64,000 bases of DNA from Candidatus Eiseniibacteriota bacterium (GTDB taxonomy: Bacteria; Eisenbacteria; RBG-16-71-46; CAVPCR01), in contig CAWGMA010000004.1 of assembly GCA_963823555.1 (NCBI GenBank), positions 160,001 to 224,000 of the forward strand, written 5' to 3'. Below are positions 10,644-20,040 of this stretch, in pieces; position 1 is the stretch's first letter; every line of letters begins with the position of its first letter. The notes below the pieces were generated by a model. The model made no database searches and was not told where the DNA came from. It worked only from the letters and a program-made list of their open reading frames with translations. The position numbers and the translations under genes were made by a program.

Positions 10644-12562
10644 GGTTCCTCCACCGCATTCGATCGCATGTGGATGTCGTCCCGCATCCGTTGCATGGTC
10701 ACGTTTCCGGGATCGAGGGCGAGCCCGCGCTCCAGCGCGGCCAGCGCCGAATCGGGCCGTCCCGCGATGAACTCGGTGCCCCCGAGTCGCATCCAGAGGT
10801 AGGGATTGCGCCCGTCGATGGCCACGGCGCGGCGGAAGGCCTGGGCCGCCGCCGCGGCTTCTCCAAGTCGCGCGTGGCTTTCTCCCAATCCGGTCCAGCT
10901 TGCCACCGAACCGGGAGCGCGCGTCACCGCTTCGTGAAACACCCGAATGGCATCGACCGGGCGTCCGGCTTTGAGAAGTGCGGCACCCAGGTTGTAGCGG
11001 GCCACCGGATCGCCGGGCGCCGCGGCCACCGCCCGCTCGAAGGCGGCGATCGCCTCCTCGTCGCGTCCCTCGTCAGCCAGGGCGATACCCAGGCTGATGT
11101 AGGATGCGGCGCGATCGATCGTGACCAGGTCGAGGTGGACCATGGCGGTCGATCCGGCCACCAGCAGGAGAGGAAGAGCAAGCGTCGAGAAGAGCGTCCG
11201 TGTGCCATGGTGCAGGGCCCGGCGTCCCCGCCGCCAGATCTCGACGACGGCGAAGGCGGCGAACAATAGCAGCACCGGGACCAGGGGGGCGCGGTAGCGG
11301 GCGGTGACGAAGAAGAGAACGACACCGATCGTGAACGCGGCCACGAAGAGGAGGGGCAGCCCCAGCCGACGCCGGTGCTGGTGCGAGAGCGCGAGAATCA
11401 ACCCCGTGAGGGCCAGTGGCCCGGCCCAGGCGAAGGTGACGAGCGGAGCGCGCAGGAGCGGGATCAGGTCGCGGTAGAGGGCGGGATCCTCGATCTGAGC
11501 GATCTCGGTCGCGTTCCAGAACAGGAGCAGCTTGCGACCCAGAATCCGGAGGGCGCGGCCCGGCTGGGCCCGCACGTAGTCGAGCGTGCGCTGGGTGTAG
11601 AACGCTGAGACCGCGGACGGTTTGAGGGGTTGTCCCAGCGCCGCCTCCGCGAGGCGGCGGCCGCTCGGGTCGGTGATCATCCAGGAGACATCGACCGGGA
11701 TGTGGCGCAAGCCCGCTGCCTGGGCTACCTGGTCGAGCTGGATGTAGGTGCCGCGGCCGAGCGGATTGTTGCCGATGTACAGGTTGAGACCGCCGTTCGA
11801 TGAGATGAGCACCGTGTCGCCGCCTACCACCCAGTTGCGAAGCGTGACCGGTGCGATGACGAGCGCCAGACCGGCGAGGTACGCGATGAGGAGTCGGCTG
11901 CGATGACGAGACGCAAACCACAGCCAGACGAGCGCGCCCGGGGCGAACAGGAGCAGGCTGGCCCGGCCGAGGGCCATGATGCCGAGCACGGCTCCGGCCA
12001 GGATGACGGGTCCGCGCCGGGTGTCAGGCCCGACTCGGGCCAGGGCCAGGAGCGCCCAGAGGCCGAGCAGCCCGAGCAACCATTCCATGAGGAACTGGTT
12101 GTCGTAGAGGATGAGCATGCCGTAGAGCGCCATCGCGATGGCCGCCACCAGGGCCACCGTGCGATCGCACAGACGGCGAGCGAGAACATAGAGGAGCACG
12201 GGTCCAGCGCTTCCCAGGAGCGATTGCAGGAAGAGGAGACGGGTGAGCTCGAACCCCGTGATCAGCGCCATGAGAGCCAGCACATAGGCGTACAACGGCC
12301 CCATGAAGAAGACGTCACGGCCCATCCAGTTCCCGGCGGCGATGGACCTCGCCTGGTCGAGGTAGTACGCGGCGTCGAGTCCTGGTGAGTGGATGAGCGG
12401 AGTGCGCGTGAGCTGGTACAAGTAGAGCGCACGCAGGAGGAAGGCGAAGAGAAAGAGCGCGGCCATGATGATCCCGTCGCGGCCGCGCTCGATCGCCGGA
12501 GGTGGGGAAGGCGAGGAGTCGCGAGCTCCGCTGCGCGCTCCTCCCGGCCGCGATCGACTCAC
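10640..12562 (-). CDS. GT-C fold glycosyltransferase (PMT/ArnT-like, GT39-type) with C-terminal TPR repeats
   Basis: Multi-TM N-terminus with D..YY, FFMGPLY, APVTLRN, NGGLNLYIGNNP and RYR; C-terminal TPRs (ARYNLGAAL, SWTGLG). Confidence 0.85.
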   Translation of the reverse strand: MSRSRPGGARSGARDSSPSPPPAIERGRDGIIMAALFLFAFLLRALYLYQLTRTPLIHSPGLDAAYYLDQARSIAAGNWMGRDVFFMGPLYAYVLALMALITGFELTRLLFLQSLLGSAGPVLLYVLARRLCDRTVALVAAIAMALYGMLILYDNQFLMEWLLGLLGLWALLALARVGPDTRRGPVILAGAVLGIMALGRASLLLFAPGALVWLWFASRHRSRLLIAYLAGLALVIAPVTLRNWVVGGDTVLISSNGGLNLYIGNNPLGRGTYIQLDQVAQAAGLRHIPVDVSWMITDPSGRRLAEAALGQPLKPSAVSAFYTQRTLDYVRAQPGRALRILGRKLLLFWNATEIAQIEDPALYRDLIPLLRAPLVTFAWAGPLALTGLILALSHQHRRRLGLPLLFVAAFTIGVVLFFVTARYRAPLVPVLLLFAAFAVVEIWRRGRRALHHGTRTLFSTLALPLLLVAGSTAMVHLDLVTIDRAASYISLGIALADEGRDEEAIAAFERAVAAAPGDPVARYNLGAALLKAGRPVDAIRVFHEAVTRAPGSVASWTGLGESHARLGEAAAAAQAFRRAVAIDGRNPYLWMRLGGTEFIAGRPDSALAALERGLALDPGNVTMQRMRDDIHMRSNAVEEP

Positions 12563-12864
12563 AACCGGTCGACCATGACGCGACGCTGTCGCTTCTCGCC
12601 GAGGAGGATCTCCAGGTGGCGATCGATCTCGGCCAGCTGGTTCCGAAAGTCCTGATCCTGGGCCAGCGCAGCTTGGCTCTCAGTCGACGCGAACTCGATG
12701 ATCTCGACGAATCGCCCCAGCTTGACGCGGTCCTCGAGCACGATGAAGCGGACAACTCCGCTCACCGCGGCCAGCTGTCTCCGCGCTCCCTCCATGTGAG
12801 AGAGGTAGTGACGTCGTTGATCGAGCGGCACGTCTGCGGTCACGACCTCTGCGCAGATCGGCAT
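12559..12864 (-). CDS. Small hypothetical protein, possibly ABM-like dimeric alpha/beta barrel
   Basis: Stop overlaps the GT start codon and the start lies 3 bp from the thiO stop; the pattern SGVVRFIVLED...RFVEIIEF resembles ABM/Dabb folds. Confidence 0.6.
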   Translation of the reverse strand: MPICAEVVTADVPLDQRRHYLSHMEGARRQLAAVSGVVRFIVLEDRVKLGRFVEIIEFASTESQAALAQDQDFRNQLAEIDRHLEILLGEKRQRRVMVDRL

Positions 12865-12867
12865 GTC

Positions 12868-14043
12868 CTAGCCCTCCGCTGCCGGTGTTGGCACCCGATC
12901 TGGCAGGAAGGGGCGGAGCGCCTCCGGCGTGCGCCCCGAGACGACCGCTTCGGCCACCAGTTCCGCCGTCAGCGGCGCCAGGAGAATCCCGTTGCGGAAG
13001 TGTCCCGTGGCGAGATGAAGCCCGGGCAGGCGCCCGTACGGCCCAAGCAGCGGCAACCCGTCTCGGGATTGGGGGCGGAGCCCGGCATCCACGCGGACGA
13101 CCTCCCCGGCCTCGATCTCGGGCGCGTAGCGCGCCACTGCATTCACGATGGACTTGAGGCCGCCCGCGGTCGCGACGCGGGCGAATCCGGCGTCTTCAAC
13201 CGTCGTTCCAACGATGAGCTCGCCCCCCGAGCGTGGAACGACATAGGCCCCATGCGTGTACAGGATATGGCCTAGCTTGTGCTGCAGGAGACGAATCAAC
13301 AAGATCTGGCCGCGCCGCGGCTCGATCCAGTCAGGGGGCAGGGGCATGCCGGCAATGCGGCTCGACCAGGCCCCGGCGGCGATGACGGTGCTTCCAGCCT
13401 CGAAGCGGCGATCGCCGGCGGCGACACCGCGGGCCCGTCCGCCGGCGACCAGGACGGAGGTCACGGTGACGCCCTCGATGAAGCGCACACCGCGCCGCTT
13501 GGCTGCTGCCACGAGCCCGCGGGCGAGAGATTCGGCATCGACCCAAGCCTCCTCGGGGAGGAGGAGGGCGCCGGGGAGGTCGGGGACGAGCAGGGGTTCG
13601 AGCCGGTATGCTTCGTGGCCGGAGAGCCAGGTCGCCTTGAGCCCGAGCGGGTGCTGCCAGTCGCGCCGAGCCTTGAGCTCCGTCGCTCTCTCGGCCGTCA
13701 GGGCCAGGTTCAAGACCTCGGTAGGCCGGTAGTCAATGGGCAATCCGGCCTCTACACTCACGCCCCGCACCCAATCTGCGTACCGGGCGCGGCAGGCCAG
13801 GCCGAGGTCGAGGAAGGGGGAAGGTCCCTCGGCTTCGGCTTGAGGTGACAGCATGCCGGCGGCGACGGCGGATGTCTCCGGCCCCGCCGTCCCGCGTTCG
13901 ATCACGGTCACCTGGACACCACGACGGGTGAGCTCGAGGGCCACGGCGGCCCCGATGATGCCGCCGCCCACGACGACGGCGTCACCCGCCGAACGGGGCG
14001 AGATGTTGGGAGCTTGGCGCGTACTGGCCGATGGCTGATTCAT
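12868..14043 (-). CDS. thiO: Glycine oxidase / FAD-dependent D-amino acid oxidase
   Basis: VVGGGIIG FAD motif, AAGMLSPQAE, AAGAWS, P.RGQ, GLRP and ATGHFRNGILLAP. Confidence 0.88.
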   Translation of the reverse strand: MNQPSASTRQAPNISPRSAGDAVVVGGGIIGAAVALELTRRGVQVTVIERGTAGPETSAVAAGMLSPQAEAEGPSPFLDLGLACRARYADWVRGVSVEAGLPIDYRPTEVLNLALTAERATELKARRDWQHPLGLKATWLSGHEAYRLEPLLVPDLPGALLLPEEAWVDAESLARGLVAAAKRRGVRFIEGVTVTSVLVAGGRARGVAAGDRRFEAGSTVIAAGAWSSRIAGMPLPPDWIEPRRGQILLIRLLQHKLGHILYTHGAYVVPRSGGELIVGTTVEDAGFARVATAGGLKSIVNAVARYAPEIEAGEVVRVDAGLRPQSRDGLPLLGPYGRLPGLHLATGHFRNGILLAPLTAELVAEAVVSGRTPEALRPFLPDRVPTPAAEG

Positions 14044-14226
14044 GGTTCGATCACGGCTCTCGAGGGAGCCTTCCCCGAGCTGATGCGATGGGCTTTTGCT
14101 CTGGCACCGGCAATGGTGCTTGCGGCAAGATCACGCGTTCATGCGGCTGCGGAGTCTAGCACAGGAGGAGAGTTGAGCGAGTGCCGAGGGTCCTTGCGCC
14201 GGCGTTGCGGGGTCCGGGAACCGGGT

Positions 14227-15849
14227 ATGAATGGAAGGTCGCCGCGAGGCGCTGGAAGCGATGGCGACTTCCGGGCCGCGTTGGTTGTTCTCGGCGTCCT
14301 CTCGATCCTGTTCGCTTTCCCGGCCCAGGCGGCAGCCCCGGTCCAGACCGATCCCGCGATCGAGATCCGCGTCGACCGCCTCATTCGCCGCAGCGTCGAG
14401 TTCATCTACGAGGGGCAACTCGATTCCGCACAGGCCGCCGTCGAAGCCGCGGCGGCAATTGCTCCCGATGATCCGCGCGTCGGCCTGTTTCGTTTCCGCA
14501 TGCTGCGCGAGAACTATCCTGATGATCTGAATGAGGAAGAGCGAGCATTGCGCCTGGCGCCGCTTCTCCTGGCGCCTCTCGATCAGACCATTGCGCAGTG
14601 CGACTCCATCCTCGAACTGCGCCAGAATGACTCGGCTGCAACCCTGTATCGCGGCTGGGCCCACATGATGAAGGCGCAGACCCATGCCATCGCCGGGCAG
14701 GTGTGGGCCGCCGGCAGCGAGAGCCGGCGCGGCAAGAACGACCTGGATCGTTACCTGAGCAATCAACCCGGTGATCCCGACGCCGGAGTCATCGTTGGTG
14801 GCTATCTCTATTTTGCCGACATCTTGCCGGGCATCGTCAAGTTCATCAAGTTCTTCGCCCGCGTCCCGGGAGGTAACAAGGACCGCGGCCTCGAGCTGCT
14901 AGCGACCGGCGCTCGCACTCAAGGCACGTACACCACCACCGACGCCCAGATCGTGCTGGCGGTCATCTACTACCTGTTCGAGGGTCGAATAGAGGACGCA
15001 CGCGAGGCCTTTTCGGACCTGATCCTGCGCTATCCATACAACCCGCGCGTGGTCGAGCTCTACGGCTCGACAGCTCTGGTGTTCCCCGAGCTCAGCATGG
15101 AGGCGATCGCTGCGCAGAATCGCCTGCTTGCGGTGTGGGGGACGCGCGTTCGCGGCTGGGAGGAGATGTACTACTACCGCTTGCTCTGGCTCCGGGCCCG
15201 GCTCTGGAATCAGGTCGGCGAGCACGAGGCGGCGCGACAGGATCTGGAACGGATCGTCGATGCGTCGCTGGTCGATCCCTTCTGGCTGACGCCCCGCGCG
15301 CTCATCGGCCTGGCGAGCCTGGCCGCCAATCGCGGCGAGCCGGACCTCGCCCGCAGCTATGCCGCGCGCGTTCTCAGCCAGTCCGGATGGAGCCGCTATC
15401 ACGAGCAGGCACGCCGCTACGAGAAGGCTCCGGTGAGCCGGCGTCAGCGCGAGCTGTTCGCGGACCAGGCTGAGATCAGGCAGGCGATCTACGGGAAGGA
15501 GGAGGATCCGGCCGCGACCCGCCGCATGATCGCCGACGCGCGGGAGCGCTACGGCGCGGATCCGCGACTGTCCTTTCTCGAGGCCGAGCTCGACCATGAG
15601 GTCGGCGCGATCGAGGCGGCTCGCAGTGGATACGAGTCGATCGTGGCCACCGACATGGAGAGCGCGTTCGAGTCGATGCGGCTCATGAGCTACATGCGGC
15701 TCGGAGAGATCGCCCTCGCCGCCGGGCGCTACGCTGAGGCCACCCGCAACTACGAGCAGGCGCGGAAGATCGAGTCAGGCTATACGCTCCTCGGCAACGT
15801 GATCCGCGGTCGTCTGATCTTCATCTCGGAGGCGAAGAAGGGACGCTGA
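14227..15849 (+). CDS. Secreted TPR-repeat protein
   Basis: Hydrophobic signal ending AQA; repeated TPR-like helices; G.Y.YFA..LP...K..GL..L segment. Confidence 0.7.
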   Translation: MNGRSPRGAGSDGDFRAALVVLGVLSILFAFPAQAAAPVQTDPAIEIRVDRLIRRSVEFIYEGQLDSAQAAVEAAAAIAPDDPRVGLFRFRMLRENYPDDLNEEERALRLAPLLLAPLDQTIAQCDSILELRQNDSAATLYRGWAHMMKAQTHAIAGQVWAAGSESRRGKNDLDRYLSNQPGDPDAGVIVGGYLYFADILPGIVKFIKFFARVPGGNKDRGLELLATGARTQGTYTTTDAQIVLAVIYYLFEGRIEDAREAFSDLILRYPYNPRVVELYGSTALVFPELSMEAIAAQNRLLAVWGTRVRGWEEMYYYRLLWLRARLWNQVGEHEAARQDLERIVDASLVDPFWLTPRALIGLASLAANRGEPDLARSYAARVLSQSGWSRYHEQARRYEKAPVSRRQRELFADQAEIRQAIYGKEEDPAATRRMIADARERYGADPRLSFLEAELDHEVGAIEAARSGYESIVATDMESAFESMRLMSYMRLGEIALAAGRYAEATRNYEQARKIESGYTLLGNVIRGRLIFISEAKKGR

Positions 15850-15958
15850 GGCGGCGCCCCAGGATGTGCGGGGCAGGTTCCTCACCCGCCCCGCTCCGTC
15901 GCCCTTCCCTGCCGGTCAGGGGAAGTCGTGGCCTCCCTGATCCGATACCCCGATGCGG

Positions 15959-17554
15959 CTAGACAGCCTCTGAGATCAGCTTCGCCTGCACGAACAGCAG
16001 CAGGTAGTCGCGGCCGCCGGCCTTGGAGTCGGTGCCGGACATGTTGAAGCCGCCGAAGGGATGGACGCCGACCAGGGCCCCCGTGCACTTGCGGTTGACG
16101 TACAGGTTGCCGACGTGGAACTCACGCTTGGCGCGTTCCACCCGCTCCCGGTTCTTCGAGTAGATGGCGCCGGTGAGACCGTAGTCGGTGTTGTTGGCGA
16201 TCGCGAGCGCATCCTCGAAATCGCGTGCCTTGATCACCGCCAGCACCGGGCCGAAGATCTCCTCCAGTGAGATGCGGGCCTTGGGTGCGACATCGGCGAA
16301 GACGGTGGGGGTGATGAAATAGCCCGGTCGGTCGAGTGTCCCGCCGCCAGTCAGCAGGCGCCCCTCCTTCTTTCCGATCTCGATGTACTCGAGGATCTTC
16401 TCCTTGGCGCCAGCGCTCACCACCGGGCCCATGTCGACGCCGGGTTCCGCCGGATCACCGACCCTGATCGTTTCGACCTTGGCCTTGAGTCGTTTCACGA
16501 ACTCATCGTAGACCGATTCGACCACGATCACCCGCGAGCACGCCGAGCACTTCTGGCCCTGAAAGCCGAAGGCCGAAGCCACGACTCCCGCCACCGCCGC
16601 GTCGAGGTCCGCCTCGGCATCGACCAGGATCCCGTCCTTGCCGCCCATCTCGGCGATCACCCGCTTGATCCAGATCTGACCCGGCTGGGTCGTGGCGGCG
16701 CGGGCATTGATGTCGAGCCCCACTTCCATCGAGCCGGTGAAACAGACGAAACGCGTCCGGGGGTGTTCGACGATCGTGTTCCCGATCTCGCCGCCGGATC
16801 CGGTCAGGAAGTTGACCACGCCGGCGGGCATGCCGGCCTCCTCGAGGATGGCGAAGAACTGGGCCGCGATCGCCGGCGAATCGCTTGCCGGCTTGAGCAC
16901 GACGGTGTTGCCGGTGACGATGGCGGCGGTCGTCATGCCTGCCAGGATCGCCAGCGGGAAGTTCCACGGCGGGATGATGACTCCGACGCCGAGCGGGATG
17001 TAGATGAGCTCGTTCTTCTCGCCCGGGATCCGGGTCAATGGCTGATCCGCGGCATAACGCAAGTTCTCGCGGGCGTAGAACTCGAGAAAGTCGATGGCCT
17101 CCGCCGTGTCGGCGTCGGCCTCGATGCAGTTCTTACCTACCTCGAGGATCATCCAGGCATTGAGCTCGAACCGCCGCTCCCGCATGAGGGCCGCCGCCCG
17201 GAACAGGAGAGCGGAACGGTCGCGAGCCGGCTGCCATCGCCAGGATGCCAACGCCTCTTCGGCGGCTGCGATGGCCTCGACCGCCTGCTCGCGGCTGGCG
17301 CGCTGGAACGTGCCCAGCACCTCGGCGGGGTTGGTGGGATTGGTCGAGGTGAAGGTCTTCGGCCCCTTGGTCCGGCGGCCGCCGATCACGAGCTCATAGG
17401 TGCGGCCGAGCTGGGCCCGGACCCGGGCCAGCGCCTGGCGCTGGCGCTCCTGGTTCTCCGGGCGCGAAAAATCGGTCAGGGGCTCGTTCTTGAACTCGCC
17501 GGGTGCGGCCGCCGGCGCCTCCGCCACGGCGCCCTGGTGCTTCGGTGCGGACAT
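15959..17554 (-). CDS. pruA: L-glutamate gamma-semialdehyde (P5C) dehydrogenase, PruA/RocA type
   Basis: FKNEP.TDF, EAIDFLEFY, PWNFPLAI, FTGS, EMGGK, FQGQKCSACS, EEIFGPV and PFGGFNMSGTDSKAGG. Confidence 0.95.
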   Translation of the reverse strand: MSAPKHQGAVAEAPAAAPGEFKNEPLTDFSRPENQERQRQALARVRAQLGRTYELVIGGRRTKGPKTFTSTNPTNPAEVLGTFQRASREQAVEAIAAAEEALASWRWQPARDRSALLFRAAALMRERRFELNAWMILEVGKNCIEADADTAEAIDFLEFYARENLRYAADQPLTRIPGEKNELIYIPLGVGVIIPPWNFPLAILAGMTTAAIVTGNTVVLKPASDSPAIAAQFFAILEEAGMPAGVVNFLTGSGGEIGNTIVEHPRTRFVCFTGSMEVGLDINARAATTQPGQIWIKRVIAEMGGKDGILVDAEADLDAAVAGVVASAFGFQGQKCSACSRVIVVESVYDEFVKRLKAKVETIRVGDPAEPGVDMGPVVSAGAKEKILEYIEIGKKEGRLLTGGGTLDRPGYFITPTVFADVAPKARISLEEIFGPVLAVIKARDFEDALAIANNTDYGLTGAIYSKNRERVERAKREFHVGNLYVNRKCTGALVGVHPFGGFNMSGTDSKAGGRDYLLLFVQAKLISEAV

Positions 17555-17689
17555 CAGTCTCTCCTCTCTCTCCGAGATGGGTCGGGCCGGAGAGCATAGC
17601 AAGTCGACGCGATCGGGTCGAGGCGGGGGCGATCACCGGAGTGCCGCCCTTCCCGTGTTGCCGGCCGCCGGATGTGCGACAATGCGGCG

Positions 17690-18976
17690 ATGTTCGCGGG
17701 TCCAAGAACGCTTGAGCGGAGCGTCCAGCGGTGGCTCGGGGCCGTCATCCTGGCCGCCGCCGGCCTCGTGACCGCGGCGCCCACGGTCGCCGGGGCCACC
17801 CCCGGCGACGCCGTCCCGAGCGATACCGGAGCGCCGCTCCCCGGTGACGATGCCTATGCGATCCGGGTCCCGCCGCTTGCCGACCCCATCGCCGATGGCT
17901 GGCAACGCGCGCTCGATCGCCCCCCGCGAACGGTCTCATCCAGCGAAGGCGACGCTCTCGCACCGCGTCCCTGGGAGCGGCCCAACACCGTCGCCTCCTC
18001 GAGTCTCTTCGAGAAGTTCCCGCACAATCCCGTGCTCCCGCTGGGGGAGAAGGGGAGCCTCGATTCCGGGCATGCGGAATATCCGAGCGTGGTCCAGGTC
18101 GGCGGCCTCCACTGGCTCTTCTATTCCGCCTATGGGGCGCATCATCGCTGGGAGATTGCCGCCGCGGTGGCCGCGGACGGTATCGCCTGGACCAAGCTGG
18201 GCGTGGTGCTCGCTCCCGACCAGGCCGCTGCGGCCTGGGATTCGGCCACCATTGCCTTCCCCTGTGTCACGGTGGATCCGGCGGCGCCCGCGGAGGAGCG
18301 CTTTCGCATGTGGTACGCCGGGAAGCAGGATGCTCTCTACGATGGCATTGGCTATGCCACCTCAGCGAACGGACGCCAGTGGACGCGCCGGGGGCAAGTG
18401 ATGGCGGTCGGACGGCGCGGCGAGTGGGACGGGTCGCAGATCGTGGATCCCTGCGTCATCGCGGTCGATGGCGGCTACCGCATGTACTATTGCGGCTCCC
18501 GCGATGCTGACGGCCTGTTCGCGGTCGGCGTGGCGCTGTCCGCGGACGGACGAAACTGGGTGAAGTATCCGGACAACCCGATCTACGACCCTTCCACTGC
18601 CGACAACCGCACCGGCGTTTACACGGTCGACGTGGTCTCGGACGCTGGGCGGTTCATTCTCTTCGCCAGCGCGCCGACGGCCGCCGACGAGTACGAGATC
18701 CACGCCGTGCTCTCGACGGACGGCTTTGGATTCGATGCCACCACGCGCCAGGTTGTGCTCGCGCCCGCGCGCGACTCGACGTGGGACGACGCCATGGTCT
18801 ATGGCATGGACGTGATGGCGAGTGGCGACACGTTCTACATGTGGTTCAACGGCATCTATGACCGCCACGTGACGCAAGGGGGGGAGGTCGGGTTGGCGAG
18901 GGTGGCGCGCGCTGAGTTGCTGCGCCTTCTCGACGCTCAGCCGGCGCTGCCGGAATCCCGCCCTTCCGGGCCGTAG
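17690..18976 (+). CDS. Secreted five-bladed beta-propeller glycosidase-like protein (GH32/43/130 clan-like)
   Basis: Signal peptide; repeated blades such as NPVL...YPSV, WDS..IAFP.V, MWYAG..IGYATS.NG..W and WD..V.DP.V..YRMYY. Confidence 0.75.
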   Translation: MFAGPRTLERSVQRWLGAVILAAAGLVTAAPTVAGATPGDAVPSDTGAPLPGDDAYAIRVPPLADPIADGWQRALDRPPRTVSSSEGDALAPRPWERPNTVASSSLFEKFPHNPVLPLGEKGSLDSGHAEYPSVVQVGGLHWLFYSAYGAHHRWEIAAAVAADGIAWTKLGVVLAPDQAAAAWDSATIAFPCVTVDPAAPAEERFRMWYAGKQDALYDGIGYATSANGRQWTRRGQVMAVGRRGEWDGSQIVDPCVIAVDGGYRMYYCGSRDADGLFAVGVALSADGRNWVKYPDNPIYDPSTADNRTGVYTVDVVSDAGRFILFASAPTAADEYEIHAVLSTDGFGFDATTRQVVLAPARDSTWDDAMVYGMDVMASGDTFYMWFNGIYDRHVTQGGEVGLARVARAELLRLLDAQPALPESRPSGP

Positions 18977-19899
18977 CACGGCCAATCGCGGGTCAGGTCG
19001 AGCCACAGGGCGAGCCCCTTGTACTCGCCATAGCGGGCGTAGGCGCGCGCCAGCGCGCGGGGGGTGGCCGGCCGCTTGCGGCCGCGCAGCGCGGCGAACT
19101 TGGCCAGGCACCAGCTGTCGACGGCCAGGTACTCGTGCCGCCCGAGGAGGCGGACCATCTGCTCGGCGGCATAGGGCCCAACTCCGCGGAGTTCCAGCAG
19201 GGCCCGGCGGAGAGTGTCGCCGGCCCAGTCGACGCGACGCAGCCGCTCGAGAGCCTCGGGTTCGCGCGCGGCCCGGAGCGCGAGCTCGTGCAAGGCCGGA
19301 GCGCGATACCCGGCACGGACCACCTCTCGATAGAACGACTCGGGCTCAGCGGCCATGCGAGGGGGTGTGGGGAAGGCGCGGCGGCCGCCGGGCCCGATCG
19401 AACCGAGATGGAGGATGAGCGCCGAGACCATGCGCCGCGTGGACGACCATGTGCAGTTCGTCGTGCAGATGAGCTTGACCAGATCCTCGTAGACGGTGGG
19501 GGCGCGAAGCAATCGTCCGGCGCCCGCAGCCCGCACCCAGCGGAAGCCGGGATCCGAATCGGTGCGGCGGTAGAAGGGCTCGAGATCGACGTCGAAGGCA
19601 AGGATGTCGCGCACGACGGTGCATGCTGCTGCTTGCGCCGCCTCGGAGTTCCCATCGTCGGTCCCGGTGGTTTGAACCGAGACGAGGAGGCGTCTGTGAC
19701 CTGCCGTCTCGCGCACCCGGATCGCGATCACCTCATCCTCGCTGAGCACGTGCAGGAGCGACAGCGATCCATCACGAGCGAATTCGAAGGGGGGCAGGTC
19801 ATACCAGCCATGGCCGGTGGCCGTCGGGATGAGGCGGAATCCGGGCGGGGTCTCGATTTCGATGTCGGTCTGGCGGCGGCTGACGGCGGAGCGGTCCAT
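18937..19899 (-). CDS. HhH-GPD DNA glycosylase (AlkA/OGG-like)
   Basis: RAPTVYEDLVKLICTTN, FPTP, GYRA, the HhH motif LLELRGVGPYAAE and the following VDSW. Confidence 0.85.
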   Translation of the reverse strand: MDRSAVSRRQTDIEIETPPGFRLIPTATGHGWYDLPPFEFARDGSLSLLHVLSEDEVIAIRVRETAGHRRLLVSVQTTGTDDGNSEAAQAAACTVVRDILAFDVDLEPFYRRTDSDPGFRWVRAAGAGRLLRAPTVYEDLVKLICTTNCTWSSTRRMVSALILHLGSIGPGGRRAFPTPPRMAAEPESFYREVVRAGYRAPALHELALRAAREPEALERLRRVDWAGDTLRRALLELRGVGPYAAEQMVRLLGRHEYLAVDSWCLAKFAALRGRKRPATPRALARAYARYGEYKGLALWLDLTRDWPCYGPEGRDSGSAG

Positions 19900-19969
19900 G
19901 GGTTGATGGTAGCGTGCCGGAGCGGGGTGCGATATCCAGTTCTCTCCTGCTCCGCCAGCATCCCGTGGT

Positions 19970-19998
19970 TTGACTTGAAGCCGGGCTCTCCCTAGGCT
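19970..19998 (+). promoter_or_regulatory. sigma70-like promoter of the MFS gene
   Basis: TTGACT-17 bp-TAGGCT, about 40 bp upstream of GTG 20041. Confidence 0.5.
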
Positions 19999-20040
19999 CC
20001 CAGCGCTCGACGTCATGCTCCATCACCGAGGTCGGACTTC

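Noticed and set aside
14044..14226. TPP riboswitch upstream of thiO
   Set aside because: No CUGAGA or ACCUGA core on the minus strand.
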